Shown here: one piece after another, positions 8,760 through 17,760 of the stretch
Numbering within the stretch: the first letter of the stretch is position 1
Layout: the number at the start of each line of letters is the position of its first letter
Origin: a virus
Taxonomy: Duplodnaviria; Caudoviricetes
Reading direction: 5' to 3' (one strand)
Length of the DNA stretch: 54,299 nt
IMG/VR virus record: IMGVR_UViG_3300034101_001509
Location: 1 to 54,299 of that record
Program-made: the position numbers and the translations under genes
The notes under the pieces: model-generated
What the model saw: only the letters and a program-made list of their open reading frames with translations
Told to the model about the DNA's origin: nothing
Databases searched by the model: none

Positions 8760-9484
8760 GTTATAGACCGAGTTTTGAATTCTATATTCTCGTTGTTTCC
8801 TTTAATTACTTCAGGAATAGATTCTGTTGGTTTTGATCCACAAGGTTTATTAGATGTAAACGATCCACCATTATGTAATTCAGATATATCATTTCTTTTA
8901 TCTAATTTATTTTGTCTATTTAAAGTTTTTGTATATTCTTGCCCATAATAACAGGTAATTTCTTCATCTTGTTTAATATCCTTTAACGCAATCATTCGAA
9001 CTCGTCGGAATGGTTTTTCCAACATCATATGTGCGTTTGGACTATCCGAATGATTATACATCATGATATAACCAGGAGCAATGAACAAAGTTTTACCATT
9101 TTCTTTACAAATATCACAATCACATTCCCAATTATGTGAAAATTTATTCAATACCCAATCAGATACTGTTGTTTCGGTTGTATCTAATAAAATAACAAAA
9201 GTTTCCTCTATAGTATCTCCAATTCGATAATCTCTAGAAGCAAATACTCCATATCCATAACTTTTAGATTTTTTAAGATAAACACTTGTTGGAGAAAATT
9301 GTTCTGGTAAAGAAAACCTAGAACTAGAACCATTTTGTACAAGATATCCATAATAATGTGAATGTGAATTTCTTTTAATTAAACCATCAGATTGTAATTC
9401 TATTTTTTTATTTTCTTCTAGAATTGTTTCTTCTGTTTTAATATTAAAATTAATATTTTTAGAATTTTCAATTTCAGGAATCAT
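8756..9484 (-). CDS. SET-domain protein-lysine methyltransferase
   Basis: SYGYGVFASRDYRIGD, MMYNHSDSPNA and ALKDIKQDEEITCYYG. ATGA overlaps with gene 47 and gene 46. Confidence 0.88.
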   Translation of the reverse strand: MIPEIENSKNINFNIKTEETILEENKKIELQSDGLIKRNSHSHYYGYLVQNGSSSRFSLPEQFSPTSVYLKKSKSYGYGVFASRDYRIGDTIEETFVILLDTTETTVSDWVLNKFSHNWECDCDICKENGKTLFIAPGYIMMYNHSDSPNAHMMLEKPFRRVRMIALKDIKQDEEITCYYGQEYTKTLNRQNKLDKRNDISELHNGGSFTSNKPCGSKPTESIPEVIKGNNENIEFKTRSIT

Positions 9485-10539
9485 ATAGTTAAACTTTCCA
9501 TATATAAATCTTTGATTAAAGTTTTTAACTTTACTTTATCAATATCTCTTTCAATAGCGTCAATTTCTCTGCCAATAATACTAATTGTATCTTCTGTTTC
9601 ACAAAAATCAACTGTGTTATTTTTTTCAAGATGATCTTCGACTACAGAAAGATCTTGAATACCCTTTCCCCATAAAGCATCGATAAATTTATCAAATACT
9701 TCTTGTTTATTTTTAATACGAATTGTAATGCGTACAAATCCACCCTTTAAATTTGTTTCATTTATAAATTTTGCAATACGTTTAATTTCATCCGCAGAAG
9801 AATCGTCATAAACAAAAATATGAAATATATTGTTATTATTTTGTATAAATTCCATTTCATCGGTTTTTGTGTCATAGACGTGGAATCCTTTTGTGGAATG
9901 AACATCAGAAAAATTCATTTGATATTGTGTTCCAAGATAATGAATATTTCCTTCAGATTGTTTGATATGAAAATGACCAGAGAGCACCCGATCAAATCTA
10001 GAGAATACAGATATGTTAAAACCTCCCTGATGTTTAACTCCAGGGATTACTTGAAACCCTACAATTTCGAAATGTCCACCAATCATTCTACATGAACAAT
10101 TTGTTATAAAGTTTAAAACTTCTTGTTCATTCTCTTTTGTCACCCAAGGTATTAAACCAAAACAAAAATCATCAAACTTTAAGGTTGTTGGATTTTCATA
10201 AATTTTAATCATTTTATACTTATCATCAATTAATTCTTTTAAAGAATTTAAATTATTTGTATTTTTGTAATAAGTATCATGATTTCCAATTGTTATGTGT
10301 AATTGGATTTGATTTTCTTCAAACTTTGATATTACCCTTTTTCTTACTTGAGATAGAGTATTAAAATTAATATATTTTCTTCTATCGAAAAAATCTCCTA
10401 AGTGAATAACATTTTTTATATTATTCTCTAAAAGAAAAGGAATAAATTGATTTTCAATAAAACTTATTGCGTTTTCTAAAAAGAAAGGAGAATCATTACG
10501 ACAACCAAAATGAGTATCACAAAGAAATGCTATTTTCAC
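9481..10539 (-). CDS. 47: Recombination endonuclease nuclease subunit gp47 (Mre11/SbcD-like)
   Basis: Metallophosphoesterase motifs DTHFG, LGDFFD, GNHD, GHFE and SGHFH. Confidence 0.96.
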   Translation of the reverse strand: MKIAFLCDTHFGCRNDSPFFLENAISFIENQFIPFLLENNIKNVIHLGDFFDRRKYINFNTLSQVRKRVISKFEENQIQLHITIGNHDTYYKNTNNLNSLKELIDDKYKMIKIYENPTTLKFDDFCFGLIPWVTKENEQEVLNFITNCSCRMIGGHFEIVGFQVIPGVKHQGGFNISVFSRFDRVLSGHFHIKQSEGNIHYLGTQYQMNFSDVHSTKGFHVYDTKTDEMEFIQNNNNIFHIFVYDDSSADEIKRIAKFINETNLKGGFVRITIRIKNKQEVFDKFIDALWGKGIQDLSVVEDHLEKNNTVDFCETEDTISIIGREIDAIERDIDKVKLKTLIKDLYMESLTI

Positions 10540-11093
10540 TTACGCTTCCTTCTTTTTCTTTTTTTCTTTTTTGGTTCTAATTTATCAACATCAGTTTCCG
10601 TTAATGAAAAATGTTTTTGTAAAAATTCTGTATAAGTTCCAGCATCTGATTCTTTTTTTAACCACTCTATGAATTTTCCATCAACATCTTTCATTTGTAA
10701 ACACTTATATTTAATAAATGCTTGCTTTTTTTCTTTTTCTATTCTGCGTAAAAAAGCATAATAAATTATTTGAGTAAAATATGAAAATGGATTTGTTGAC
10801 TTATTTGGGTCAAAGTTATGAGCATATAGAATACAATTCTCTACACCATCCCCAATCATATCCTCTCGAAATGGATAATTTATAAAGTTTGGACGATGTG
10901 ATAAATGTTCAGCAATTTTTAAAAAAGATTCAGCAATATAATCAGTCACTGGTGGTTTCTTTTCACCACACTCTTCTGCTTCCTTTACTGTCTTTTTCCA
11001 TTCAATCATAGACTTACAAAATTTTTGATTATCGATGTAATGTCTTAAAGATTTTAATTCTTTTTCTATGATCTCATCATCTTCTTTTTTCAT
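10536..11093 (-). CDS. 55: Late-transcription sigma factor gp55
   Basis: HYIDN...KIAEHLSHRPNFINY...DMIGDGVENC...NPFSYFTQIIYYAFLRRIEKEKKQ. GAGGA RBS before the ATG at 11093. Confidence 0.96.
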   Translation of the reverse strand: MKKEDDEIIEKELKSLRHYIDNQKFCKSMIEWKKTVKEAEECGEKKPPVTDYIAESFLKIAEHLSHRPNFINYPFREDMIGDGVENCILYAHNFDPNKSTNPFSYFTQIIYYAFLRRIEKEKKQAFIKYKCLQMKDVDGKFIEWLKKESDAGTYTEFLQKHFSLTETDVDKLEPKKKKRKRRKRK

Positions 11094-11114
11094 ACAATTC
11101 CTCTTCTTTTCCAA

Positions 11115-11142
11115 AGTATAGCATATCTAAACATCTTTTCAA
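11115..11142 (-). promoter_or_regulatory. Sigma70-type promoter for the 55-47-SET-46 operon
   Basis: TTGAAA-N16-TATACT with an extended -10 (TGc). Confidence 0.6.
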
Positions 11143-11181
11143 GTGTTTGTATGCCTTTTTATAAAAATCAGAAATTAGGGC

Positions 11182-11211
11182 TTGACAAGATTTTGTCATG
11201 TTGTGTATAAT
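11182..11211 (+). promoter_or_regulatory. Consensus sigma70 promoter on the non-coding strand, overlapping an inverted repeat
   Basis: TTGACA(11182-11187)-N18-TATAAT(11206-11211). Inverted repeat TGACAA-GATT-TTGTCA at 11183-11198. Confidence 0.6.
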
Positions 11212-11247
11212 TTCTGTGTGGGAAAAAGAAGAGATAGGCTATAATAG

Positions 11248-11943
11248 TTACTTATAGTCTTCTGAATTAGGATCTGGATTCCAATCAGTAAACTTATCTC
11301 CAAAGTCTTTACGTTCCTTTTCATCGCCAGTAAATCTATTGCGTTTTTTAACCTCTTCAATCATATCTAAAAGTACTTGAGGTTTAATTATTCCAGCTGT
11401 TATTAAATTCATAATAGATTCTGCTGGTATATACATTTGCATCATAATCATATGTCGATCAAGTTCATTTTCATCAGTCATGTCTGGTGGTAGTTCTTGT
11501 TTTGATTTTTTCTTTGCTTTTTTAGATTTTTTCTTTGGTGAACGATTTAATTGTTCTTCGAGAGCAGAAGTATTAAAAAGATCTTCTAAAAAACTAGCAA
11601 ATAATTCTGAATTATCTTTTGAATCTGTTAAATCCTTTTTAACAGCAGTTTTCATTTCATCTTTATCAAATTGATAACTTTCCATTTCATATAATTTAAT
11701 TGTGTCTTCATTTGGCACAGATTTAAATGCTACATGATCGCGCGGAATGTTAACATTTTTTTCATCAGAATTAATCAACCAATCTTGAAGAGTTGTAATG
11801 TCATATGGTCTTCCTAAAGTATCCAAACTTGAAATTGTTTTAAAAATCATAGGTTGGAATACTTTAATGTCAGATTCATTTTCTTCCAAAACCTGACATG
11901 CTAGTTCTTCGCCACTTCTAAGTTTAAGGATAGTCAAATTCAT
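11248..11943 (-). CDS. Conserved T4-like hypothetical protein downstream of uvsW (Sm-like N-terminal domain)
   Basis: ILKLRSGEELAC...WL N-terminus is typical of the gene at this position in cyanophage-like T4 phages. Lys-rich linker. Confidence 0.6.
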   Translation of the reverse strand: MNLTILKLRSGEELACQVLEENESDIKVFQPMIFKTISSLDTLGRPYDITTLQDWLINSDEKNVNIPRDHVAFKSVPNEDTIKLYEMESYQFDKDEMKTAVKKDLTDSKDNSELFASFLEDLFNTSALEEQLNRSPKKKSKKAKKKSKQELPPDMTDENELDRHMIMMQMYIPAESIMNLITAGIIKPQVLLDMIEEVKKRNRFTGDEKERKDFGDKFTDWNPDPNSEDYK

Positions 11944-13397
11944 TATAGTTCTCCTAACTTAATTTTTGTCTTCTTGAATGTAAACTCTTCATTAGTATAT
12001 ATGATTGTTCGCTCATCTAGATGTCGCAGAGCATGATTGCGATACTTACCCCAACTTAAATCATCTCCTAAATCAAACACTGTTACTTTTTCCTTTGTTT
12101 CTGATTTTCTTAACCCTCTCCCTATCGACTGTAATACTCTTACAACAGATTTAGAGGGGGAAGCAAAAACTATGGCATGTATGTTTTTAATATTAATACC
12201 TGTACTACACGTTCCATATGATGCCACTAGTACGCTATTATCGTGCTTATCTACTATTTTTCTTATTTGTTCTCTATCTTCTACTTCTGTTTTACCACAT
12301 ATTAAGTATGCTTCTTTTTTTCCTTGTTTTAATATATTTTGATATAAAGGAACACCATGCTTTTCTACAAAATTAAATAATACTAAAACATTGCCTTTAA
12401 TCGTAGTTGCTAAATTTGTTATAAAATTATTTCGAATATCATTCAATACTAACCATTCAATTTCTTGTTGATATTTTGCTCTTTTGATTTCCTGAATTTG
12501 ATTTGTTGGATATTGAAGTATTAAACAGTTGATATCTAATTGTGCCAAAACATCTTTGTCTATTAATTCGCGTGTTGATGTAACTTGAAATATAGAACCA
12601 AATAATCCTTCGAGTACTAGTTTATGTACTTGAGTTCCATCTAAAGTACCTGTAGTTCCTATTCTATAATCGCATTTTTTAAGTTTAGTCATTATTTTTG
12701 TTAATGATTTTGCTTTAAACAAATGTGACTCATCTCCAATTATTGCGTCAAATTGTGAAAAATATTCTTCAGATTGAGTATATAAACTCTGCCACGTTGA
12801 TATTATAACTCTACAGTCACTATTTTTTTCTTGACCACCATACACTAAATGTATATGTGAAGATATTTTTTTAGTGTTTGCGTAATCTTGAAAATCAGAA
12901 TTTAGTTGTGTAACTAGACCAGTTGTAGGAACAACAATTAATATTTTTTTCTTTGTTCTTTTCAAGAGTTCTAGCATTATAAAGTAAATGATGAGACTCT
13001 TTCCACTTCCTGTAGGAGATATTAGTAACGTTCTACGATTTGATATAGCATGTTTGACTGCTTCTATCTGGTAATCATGAGGAATGATCTCCTTGCCTCC
13101 AGAAAATACTTTAGGAAATTCTATAGGTTCTTGTTCTTTAGCAAGCGATTCTTCATATGATATTTTATATCCACGATCCGAAGCAAATGAAAGAACATAA
13201 GGAAGAAGTCCAGCATATATTTTATTTGTTAAAATATTGAAAAGACGAATCTTTCCGTCCCATCTTTTCTTTCTAAATGCTGGATTGTACTCTGAATTTG
13301 GAACTTTGAATGTAAAAAATAAAGACAACTCTTTTGCTATGCCTTTTTCACAGTCTATTTCAATATAGACAGAATCCACTGGTTTGATGTGTATCAT
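11943..13397 (-). CDS. uvsW: SF2 DNA helicase UvsW
   Basis: WDGKIRL, SPTGSGKS, DESH, TGT, LQSIGRGLR. Confidence 0.96.
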   Translation of the reverse strand: MIHIKPVDSVYIEIDCEKGIAKELSLFFTFKVPNSEYNPAFRKKRWDGKIRLFNILTNKIYAGLLPYVLSFASDRGYKISYEESLAKEQEPIEFPKVFSGGKEIIPHDYQIEAVKHAISNRRTLLISPTGSGKSLIIYFIMLELLKRTKKKILIVVPTTGLVTQLNSDFQDYANTKKISSHIHLVYGGQEKNSDCRVIISTWQSLYTQSEEYFSQFDAIIGDESHLFKAKSLTKIMTKLKKCDYRIGTTGTLDGTQVHKLVLEGLFGSIFQVTSTRELIDKDVLAQLDINCLILQYPTNQIQEIKRAKYQQEIEWLVLNDIRNNFITNLATTIKGNVLVLFNFVEKHGVPLYQNILKQGKKEAYLICGKTEVEDREQIRKIVDKHDNSVLVASYGTCSTGINIKNIHAIVFASPSKSVVRVLQSIGRGLRKSETKEKVTVFDLGDDLSWGKYRNHALRHLDERTIIYTNEEFTFKKTKIKLGEL

Positions 13398-13828
13398 AGA
13401 CCTTGTGAAAATTTAATCCACTCTATAGATGAACGAATATTCCAAATTTTATTTGAAATTATCTTTGCTACAGATTCAATATAATTTACTTTTTCTTTTT
13501 GTAAAAATATCTTATTTCTAAGATTGATAATATCAACATCACTATTGATAAAGCGATCAATATCTTGTTTGAGAATGTTAAGATCAAATTGTTCCCATCC
13601 TCTTTGTTTTAATTCTTCGTTTGACATTTTTCCGGAATAATATAACCATTTGTCTCTTTCAAGAATTTTTAATTTAGATTCAAAAGATTCTAAAACAAGT
13701 TTTTCATCCATCAAAATACACAAATATTTATTGTGTATCTGAGGAATTCTTGAAGCTTCATCATCTAGATGATTCGTATCAATTGCTGTGTCAAGTTCTG
13801 CTTGTGCTTTAATTTGTTCTATGTTCAT
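13394..13828 (-). CDS. uvsY: Recombination mediator UvsY
   Basis: IPQIHNKYL...KWLYYSGK...WNIRSSIEW; synteny 3-uvsY-uvsW. Confidence 0.92.
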   Translation of the reverse strand: MNIEQIKAQAELDTAIDTNHLDDEASRIPQIHNKYLCILMDEKLVLESFESKLKILERDKWLYYSGKMSNEELKQRGWEQFDLNILKQDIDRFINSDVDIINLRNKIFLQKEKVNYIESVAKIISNKIWNIRSSIEWIKFSQGL

Positions 13829-13846
13829 AATATAAATTATATAATA

Positions 13847-14437
13847 TTAGGGAGTAGTTTCAAGTACTTCTATCTCATAATGAGTGTATGCGAATGTTGC
13901 TGTAGCAATTACTGGATCAGTATCAGCAGTAGAGGAATCGAATTCAATACTACTAATAAATGTTGGGTAGATATTTTTATATTTAATATTAATTATAGGT
14001 CTATATGAACTATTTAATACTAAAAGATATGCTGATGCCACTTTTTGATTTTCATTATATTTTTCTGTAGTTCCAGTATAAGAAAGACCAAGATCTTTAA
14101 TCCAATTATGAATTTCTAACCAATTTTTCATATTTTCATCAACAGCAAATCCAATTTGAAGATCCTCGTAAACATAAGAAGTTCCAGGTCTTCTTATTGA
14201 AATTCCTGTTGGATTTGATTGAATGGAAGTTCCAAAACTCAAAGATGGTATATTTGCTCGTTGACAAAAATATGTCATTGTTGGGCAGCGAGTCAAAATA
14301 AATCTAAATTTATTATTTGTTAAATTGTTATGAGTTGTTGGTTGAAAGAAATTTTCATATAGAATATCACCCGGAAGATCTCTGAGAATATTATCGGGAA
14401 TATTTTGAATGATTATTTGATCCAAGTTGTTTGGCAT
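13847..14437 (-). CDS. 3: Tail tube terminator / tail completion protein gp3
   Basis: FRF...YFCQRANIP...PG...YEDL...VDENMKNWLEIHNWI...ATFAY. Confidence 0.9.
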   Translation of the reverse strand: MPNNLDQIIIQNIPDNILRDLPGDILYENFFQPTTHNNLTNNKFRFILTRCPTMTYFCQRANIPSLSFGTSIQSNPTGISIRRPGTSYVYEDLQIGFAVDENMKNWLEIHNWIKDLGLSYTGTTEKYNENQKVASAYLLVLNSSYRPIINIKYKNIYPTFISSIEFDSSTADTDPVIATATFAYTHYEIEVLETTP

Positions 14438-14442
14438 ATTAG

Positions 14443-14450
14443 TATTTATA
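14443..14450 (-). promoter_or_regulatory. Late promoter TATAAATA for gene 3
   Basis: Exact consensus just past the gene 23 terminator, 5 nt before the ATG. Confidence 0.8.
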
Positions 14451-14480
14451 AAGAAAAACCCCTGGGTTTCCCCAGGGGTT
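14450..14480 (-). terminator. Intrinsic terminator after the major capsid gene
   Basis: AACCCCTGGG-GAAA-CCCAGGGGTT followed by TTTCTTT. Confidence 0.92.
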
Positions 14481-14508
14481 CTCTAGATTACTCATTCAGT
14501 CTTATCTA

Positions 14509-15996
14509 TCAGACTGTACCACCAGCATTTAATCCGTGAAGATTCTTAACTGCAAAGAGGCGGTAGTAAGAATTGGTATTTTGTTCAAGACCATCTTCTG
14601 GTTTTCCGGAACCGAAGGTGCTTGTACGACCACCAGCGAATGGATTGGCGACTAGACCGTAACGAGTCTTGAATCCGATCTTTGGTTGGAAGGTATCTTG
14701 ACCAACTGCTCTGACCATTTGTAATGGAACGTATGGGCAGTAGAAGAATCCTGCGTCATATGGTGAGGTTCCCTTGTATCCAACAGTAACGAAGTTGACG
14801 TTGTTGGCAACGAATGGATCGATGTAGACCTTGAACTTATTGTTGAGAACACCAGCGAAGACGTTACCAGTATCATCTACTTGCATATCAACATTGAGTG
14901 CTGGTGAGAGGTTGAGGAATCCACCCATTGCGAGTGCTGAAGCAACGTCAGCAGAGCATACGATGAAGTTACCCTTACCTCTACGAGTTTCCTTAGCAAT
15001 TACGTTTGCTTCGCGTTCAATTTGGAACATAAGTCCACGGAAGCGTTCTGCTGACCAACGACCGTCTGAATCGTTCAGGAGGTCATACACACCACCGTTT
15101 GTGGTGTCTGTAGCATAACCAGCGAGGTCGCGTTGACGGCAACCAGTCTTAGCAACATAATACATTGCTCTGAGGATTTCTCTGTTGATTTCGTTCATGA
15201 TTTCAACTGAGAGAATATTTGCGAGTTCTGCTTCAGCATCAAGACCGTGAACAGCGCGAAGGTCTTGTGCGAGTTCTGTGGTGTATTCTGCCTTGAGAGC
15301 GCGTGAACGTGCTTGTACCGCGACTCTTTCAATGCTGAATGCCATTTCACGGAAGTCAGCAGTTGAAGGATCCTTACCAAGAGTTTCAGCAGTTGCTGTT
15401 AACATTCCACGGAATTGTGAGAATGTATCTTGTCTTGTAGCATATGTATCACCAGCTGCTAAAAGACCATTGAGAGCACCGAGTGTGTGACCAGCGAGAA
15501 TTGCTGCGTAATTAGCACCACCAGGACCAGAAGCACCACAAAGACCAGAGAACTTAGCCCATGGTTCATCGAAGAGTGCTTCTTCGCCACCAGTGTAACC
15601 GTTGTTATCATTTCCGTAACGAGCGCGCATTGCAAAGATAAGACCAGTTGGAGCACTCATTGGTTGAACGCCAGCAATGTCGTATGCTACGACGTTAGGC
15701 ATTGCGCGACGAACGAGTGAGATAAGAACTGGATCGTAACCAGCGAAGTTTCCTGCTGCGCCAACTTGACCAGCAGCAAAATTACCACCGATGCCGATTG
15801 GTCCCATGCTATTTTCAAAAAGATTGCCAGCAGCTTTTTCTTCTGCTAATGCTCTAACTTGATTCTCAAGAAGCATCGCAGTGACTCTTCTCTTGTGAAG
15901 GTCATTAATTGATGGCATATCTTGGTGATCAAGAACGGGTGTCCACTTTTCCATAAGTGAATCGTAAGGTGTACTTTGATTAAAATCTAATGACAT
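14509..15996 (-). CDS. 23: Major capsid protein gp23
   Basis: LISLVRRAMP, GVQPMSAPTGLIFAMR, SRALKAEYT, EINRE, YDAGFFYCPYVPL, FQPKIGFKTRYG. Confidence 0.99.
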   Translation of the reverse strand: MSLDFNQSTPYDSLMEKWTPVLDHQDMPSINDLHKRRVTAMLLENQVRALAEEKAAGNLFENSMGPIGIGGNFAAGQVGAAGNFAGYDPVLISLVRRAMPNVVAYDIAGVQPMSAPTGLIFAMRARYGNDNNGYTGGEEALFDEPWAKFSGLCGASGPGGANYAAILAGHTLGALNGLLAAGDTYATRQDTFSQFRGMLTATAETLGKDPSTADFREMAFSIERVAVQARSRALKAEYTTELAQDLRAVHGLDAEAELANILSVEIMNEINREILRAMYYVAKTGCRQRDLAGYATDTTNGGVYDLLNDSDGRWSAERFRGLMFQIEREANVIAKETRRGKGNFIVCSADVASALAMGGFLNLSPALNVDMQVDDTGNVFAGVLNNKFKVYIDPFVANNVNFVTVGYKGTSPYDAGFFYCPYVPLQMVRAVGQDTFQPKIGFKTRYGLVANPFAGGRTSTFGSGKPEDGLEQNTNSYYRLFAVKNLHGLNAGGTV

Positions 15997-16020
15997 GTTT
16001 TTCTCTCCTATATTCCTTTT

Positions 16021-16028
16021 TATTTATT
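16021..16028 (-). promoter_or_regulatory. Late promoter variant AATAAATA for gene 23
   Basis: One mismatch to TATAAATA; intergenic, upstream of an AGGAG RBS. Confidence 0.6.
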
Positions 16029-16040
16029 ATTTTTTATAAT

Positions 16041-17078
16041 TTAAATATTACTGTCCTTGACGATGTTTGGGTTGATGAGGGATGCTAAACGAGCAACTGA
16101 TGAGTTTTCTGGAATTACTCTATCTACTTTTGGTCTATTTTTATTGAGGAATGAAAGTGTATTTACAACATTTTCCATTAAAGGATCATTTGAACCTGTA
16201 GAAACCATAGAACCAGCGTCTTCAGTTAATGGAACTTGACCATATGATTGAGCATATTGATTATTTGTCTTTACGCTAGATCTATTGAAATATGATTCTT
16301 TTAATAGAGCAATTTTCTTTTCATATTGCTCAAGATTCTCAAATTCTACACCTTCTGACAATTTAGCAAGTTTTTCGATTTCGGTGTCAGCAAGACCAGA
16401 TGCTTGTCTCATAAATGCTTCAGCACAAAGATGTGCTGTTACTTCATTCTTAAGTTCAACATTTTCTTTAAGAACTTTATTCAAATTGTTTTGAAGTTCT
16501 TCGTTTGCTTCATAGATGTCATCAAGAATATTGTATTTTTCTTGAGGTACATCAATGAATGAAGTCTCAAAAAGATCCTTTAGACCATTAATAAAGTTTT
16601 CTGCGATTTCTGTACGAAGACCTCTTTCAACAGCGACTTTATTTTCAGTCATCCACTCTTCAACAACATAATTTAAATAACCATCGATTTGTTCAATAAG
16701 ATTATTTGAATTTGCTTGAGTTGCTTCAAGGACTACTTCTTTTGCTGCTTCTGATTGTTCTTGAATAATTTCTTTTGCTGCTTCAAGTATATGTGCTTCA
16801 ATCATAGAAATACGTTCATTGATTGCTGCTTCGAATATTGTTTTTGCTTTGAATTTAAACTCTTCACTGAGTTCTTCACCATCAAAAAGACTAGCAAGAT
16901 AATCAACGTCCTCTTCTTGGACTTCTTTCTTTTTTCCTTTTTTCTTTGGTGAAAGTGTACTCATATTTTCCTGTGGACTTCCCGTTGTGGGAACTGTTCC
17001 AATCATTGCTCCTTTTCCCGAAGCATCTTGGTATAAATTAGTCGATGCGTATTCTGCGTATGGGTTATTTTCTGCCAT
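16041..17078 (-). CDS. 22: Prohead core scaffold protein gp22
   Basis: LFDGEELSEEFKFKAKTIFEAA, YLNYVVEEW, ENKVAVERGLR, LKESYF. Confidence 0.95.
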   Translation of the reverse strand: MAENNPYAEYASTNLYQDASGKGAMIGTVPTTGSPQENMSTLSPKKKGKKKEVQEEDVDYLASLFDGEELSEEFKFKAKTIFEAAINERISMIEAHILEAAKEIIQEQSEAAKEVVLEATQANSNNLIEQIDGYLNYVVEEWMTENKVAVERGLRTEIAENFINGLKDLFETSFIDVPQEKYNILDDIYEANEELQNNLNKVLKENVELKNEVTAHLCAEAFMRQASGLADTEIEKLAKLSEGVEFENLEQYEKKIALLKESYFNRSSVKTNNQYAQSYGQVPLTEDAGSMVSTGSNDPLMENVVNTLSFLNKNRPKVDRVIPENSSVARLASLINPNIVKDSNI

Positions 17079-17104
17079 GTTTATTCTCCACTTTTTCTAA
17101 AAAC

Positions 17105-17128
17105 TATTTAGTTTATTTAATATTTAGA
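17105..17128 (-). promoter_or_regulatory. Tandem late-promoter-like CTAAATA motifs upstream of gene 22
   Basis: TCTAAATA (17121-17128) and ACTAAATA (17105-17112) in the intergenic gap. Confidence 0.45.
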
Positions 17129-17145
17129 CAATTTAAAATGTCACT

Positions 17146-17760
17146 TTAAGGTAAACGTTTTCTTATCGTTCTCAACATGTCTGCTCTTCGTTTATAAGAT
17201 GGTGTATGTGGTAGTAATCGTTCAATGTCCGACGATTCTAAATGTGAAAAATCTGATCCTGCTGGATCTATTAAAGTTGATGATTTTTGTTGATTTCGGG
17301 CAAAATTTCCACGAACATTGGTAACATCTTGTTCTGATCTTCTTAAACCAGGATTAGTTTGTCTTGCTGCTGCTAATTGTCTTTCTAATCCTTGTCTTTG
17401 CCTCCAAAGTTCCATTTGAGCATCATGCTGTTCTCTTTGACTTCGATTAGCATTTCTTGGAAGAACAGGTTGTGTCGTTGGAGCAGTTGCTTGAATATCT
17501 CTAACATTTGGAACGTTAAAACCAGCATTTGAAAGTTGAATATCTGCTATTCTCTGAGCATTTCTAGAATTTTCTAAAGAACTTCCAACTCTTCGTTCCA
17601 TATTTTGTCTTTCCATAGCACCAAGAGTTCTATATCCAAGTTCTCTAGCAAACAATCCTGCTTTTTTGAAAAAATTACCTTCATGTATATTTCTAGCAAT
17701 AGAAGGAATTCTATCTTGAATGTACTTTATTTTTTGTTCTGTTAGGACTTTATTTTTCAT
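17146..17760 (-). CDS. Hypothetical Arg/Gln-rich protein, possibly an internal head protein
   Basis: Sits between genes 21 and 22. N-terminal VLTE and IHE resemble gp21 cleavage sites. Confidence 0.6.
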   Translation of the reverse strand: MKNKVLTEQKIKYIQDRIPSIARNIHEGNFFKKAGLFARELGYRTLGAMERQNMERRVGSSLENSRNAQRIADIQLSNAGFNVPNVRDIQATAPTTQPVLPRNANRSQREQHDAQMELWRQRQGLERQLAAARQTNPGLRRSEQDVTNVRGNFARNQQKSSTLIDPAGSDFSHLESSDIERLLPHTPSYKRRADMLRTIRKRLP

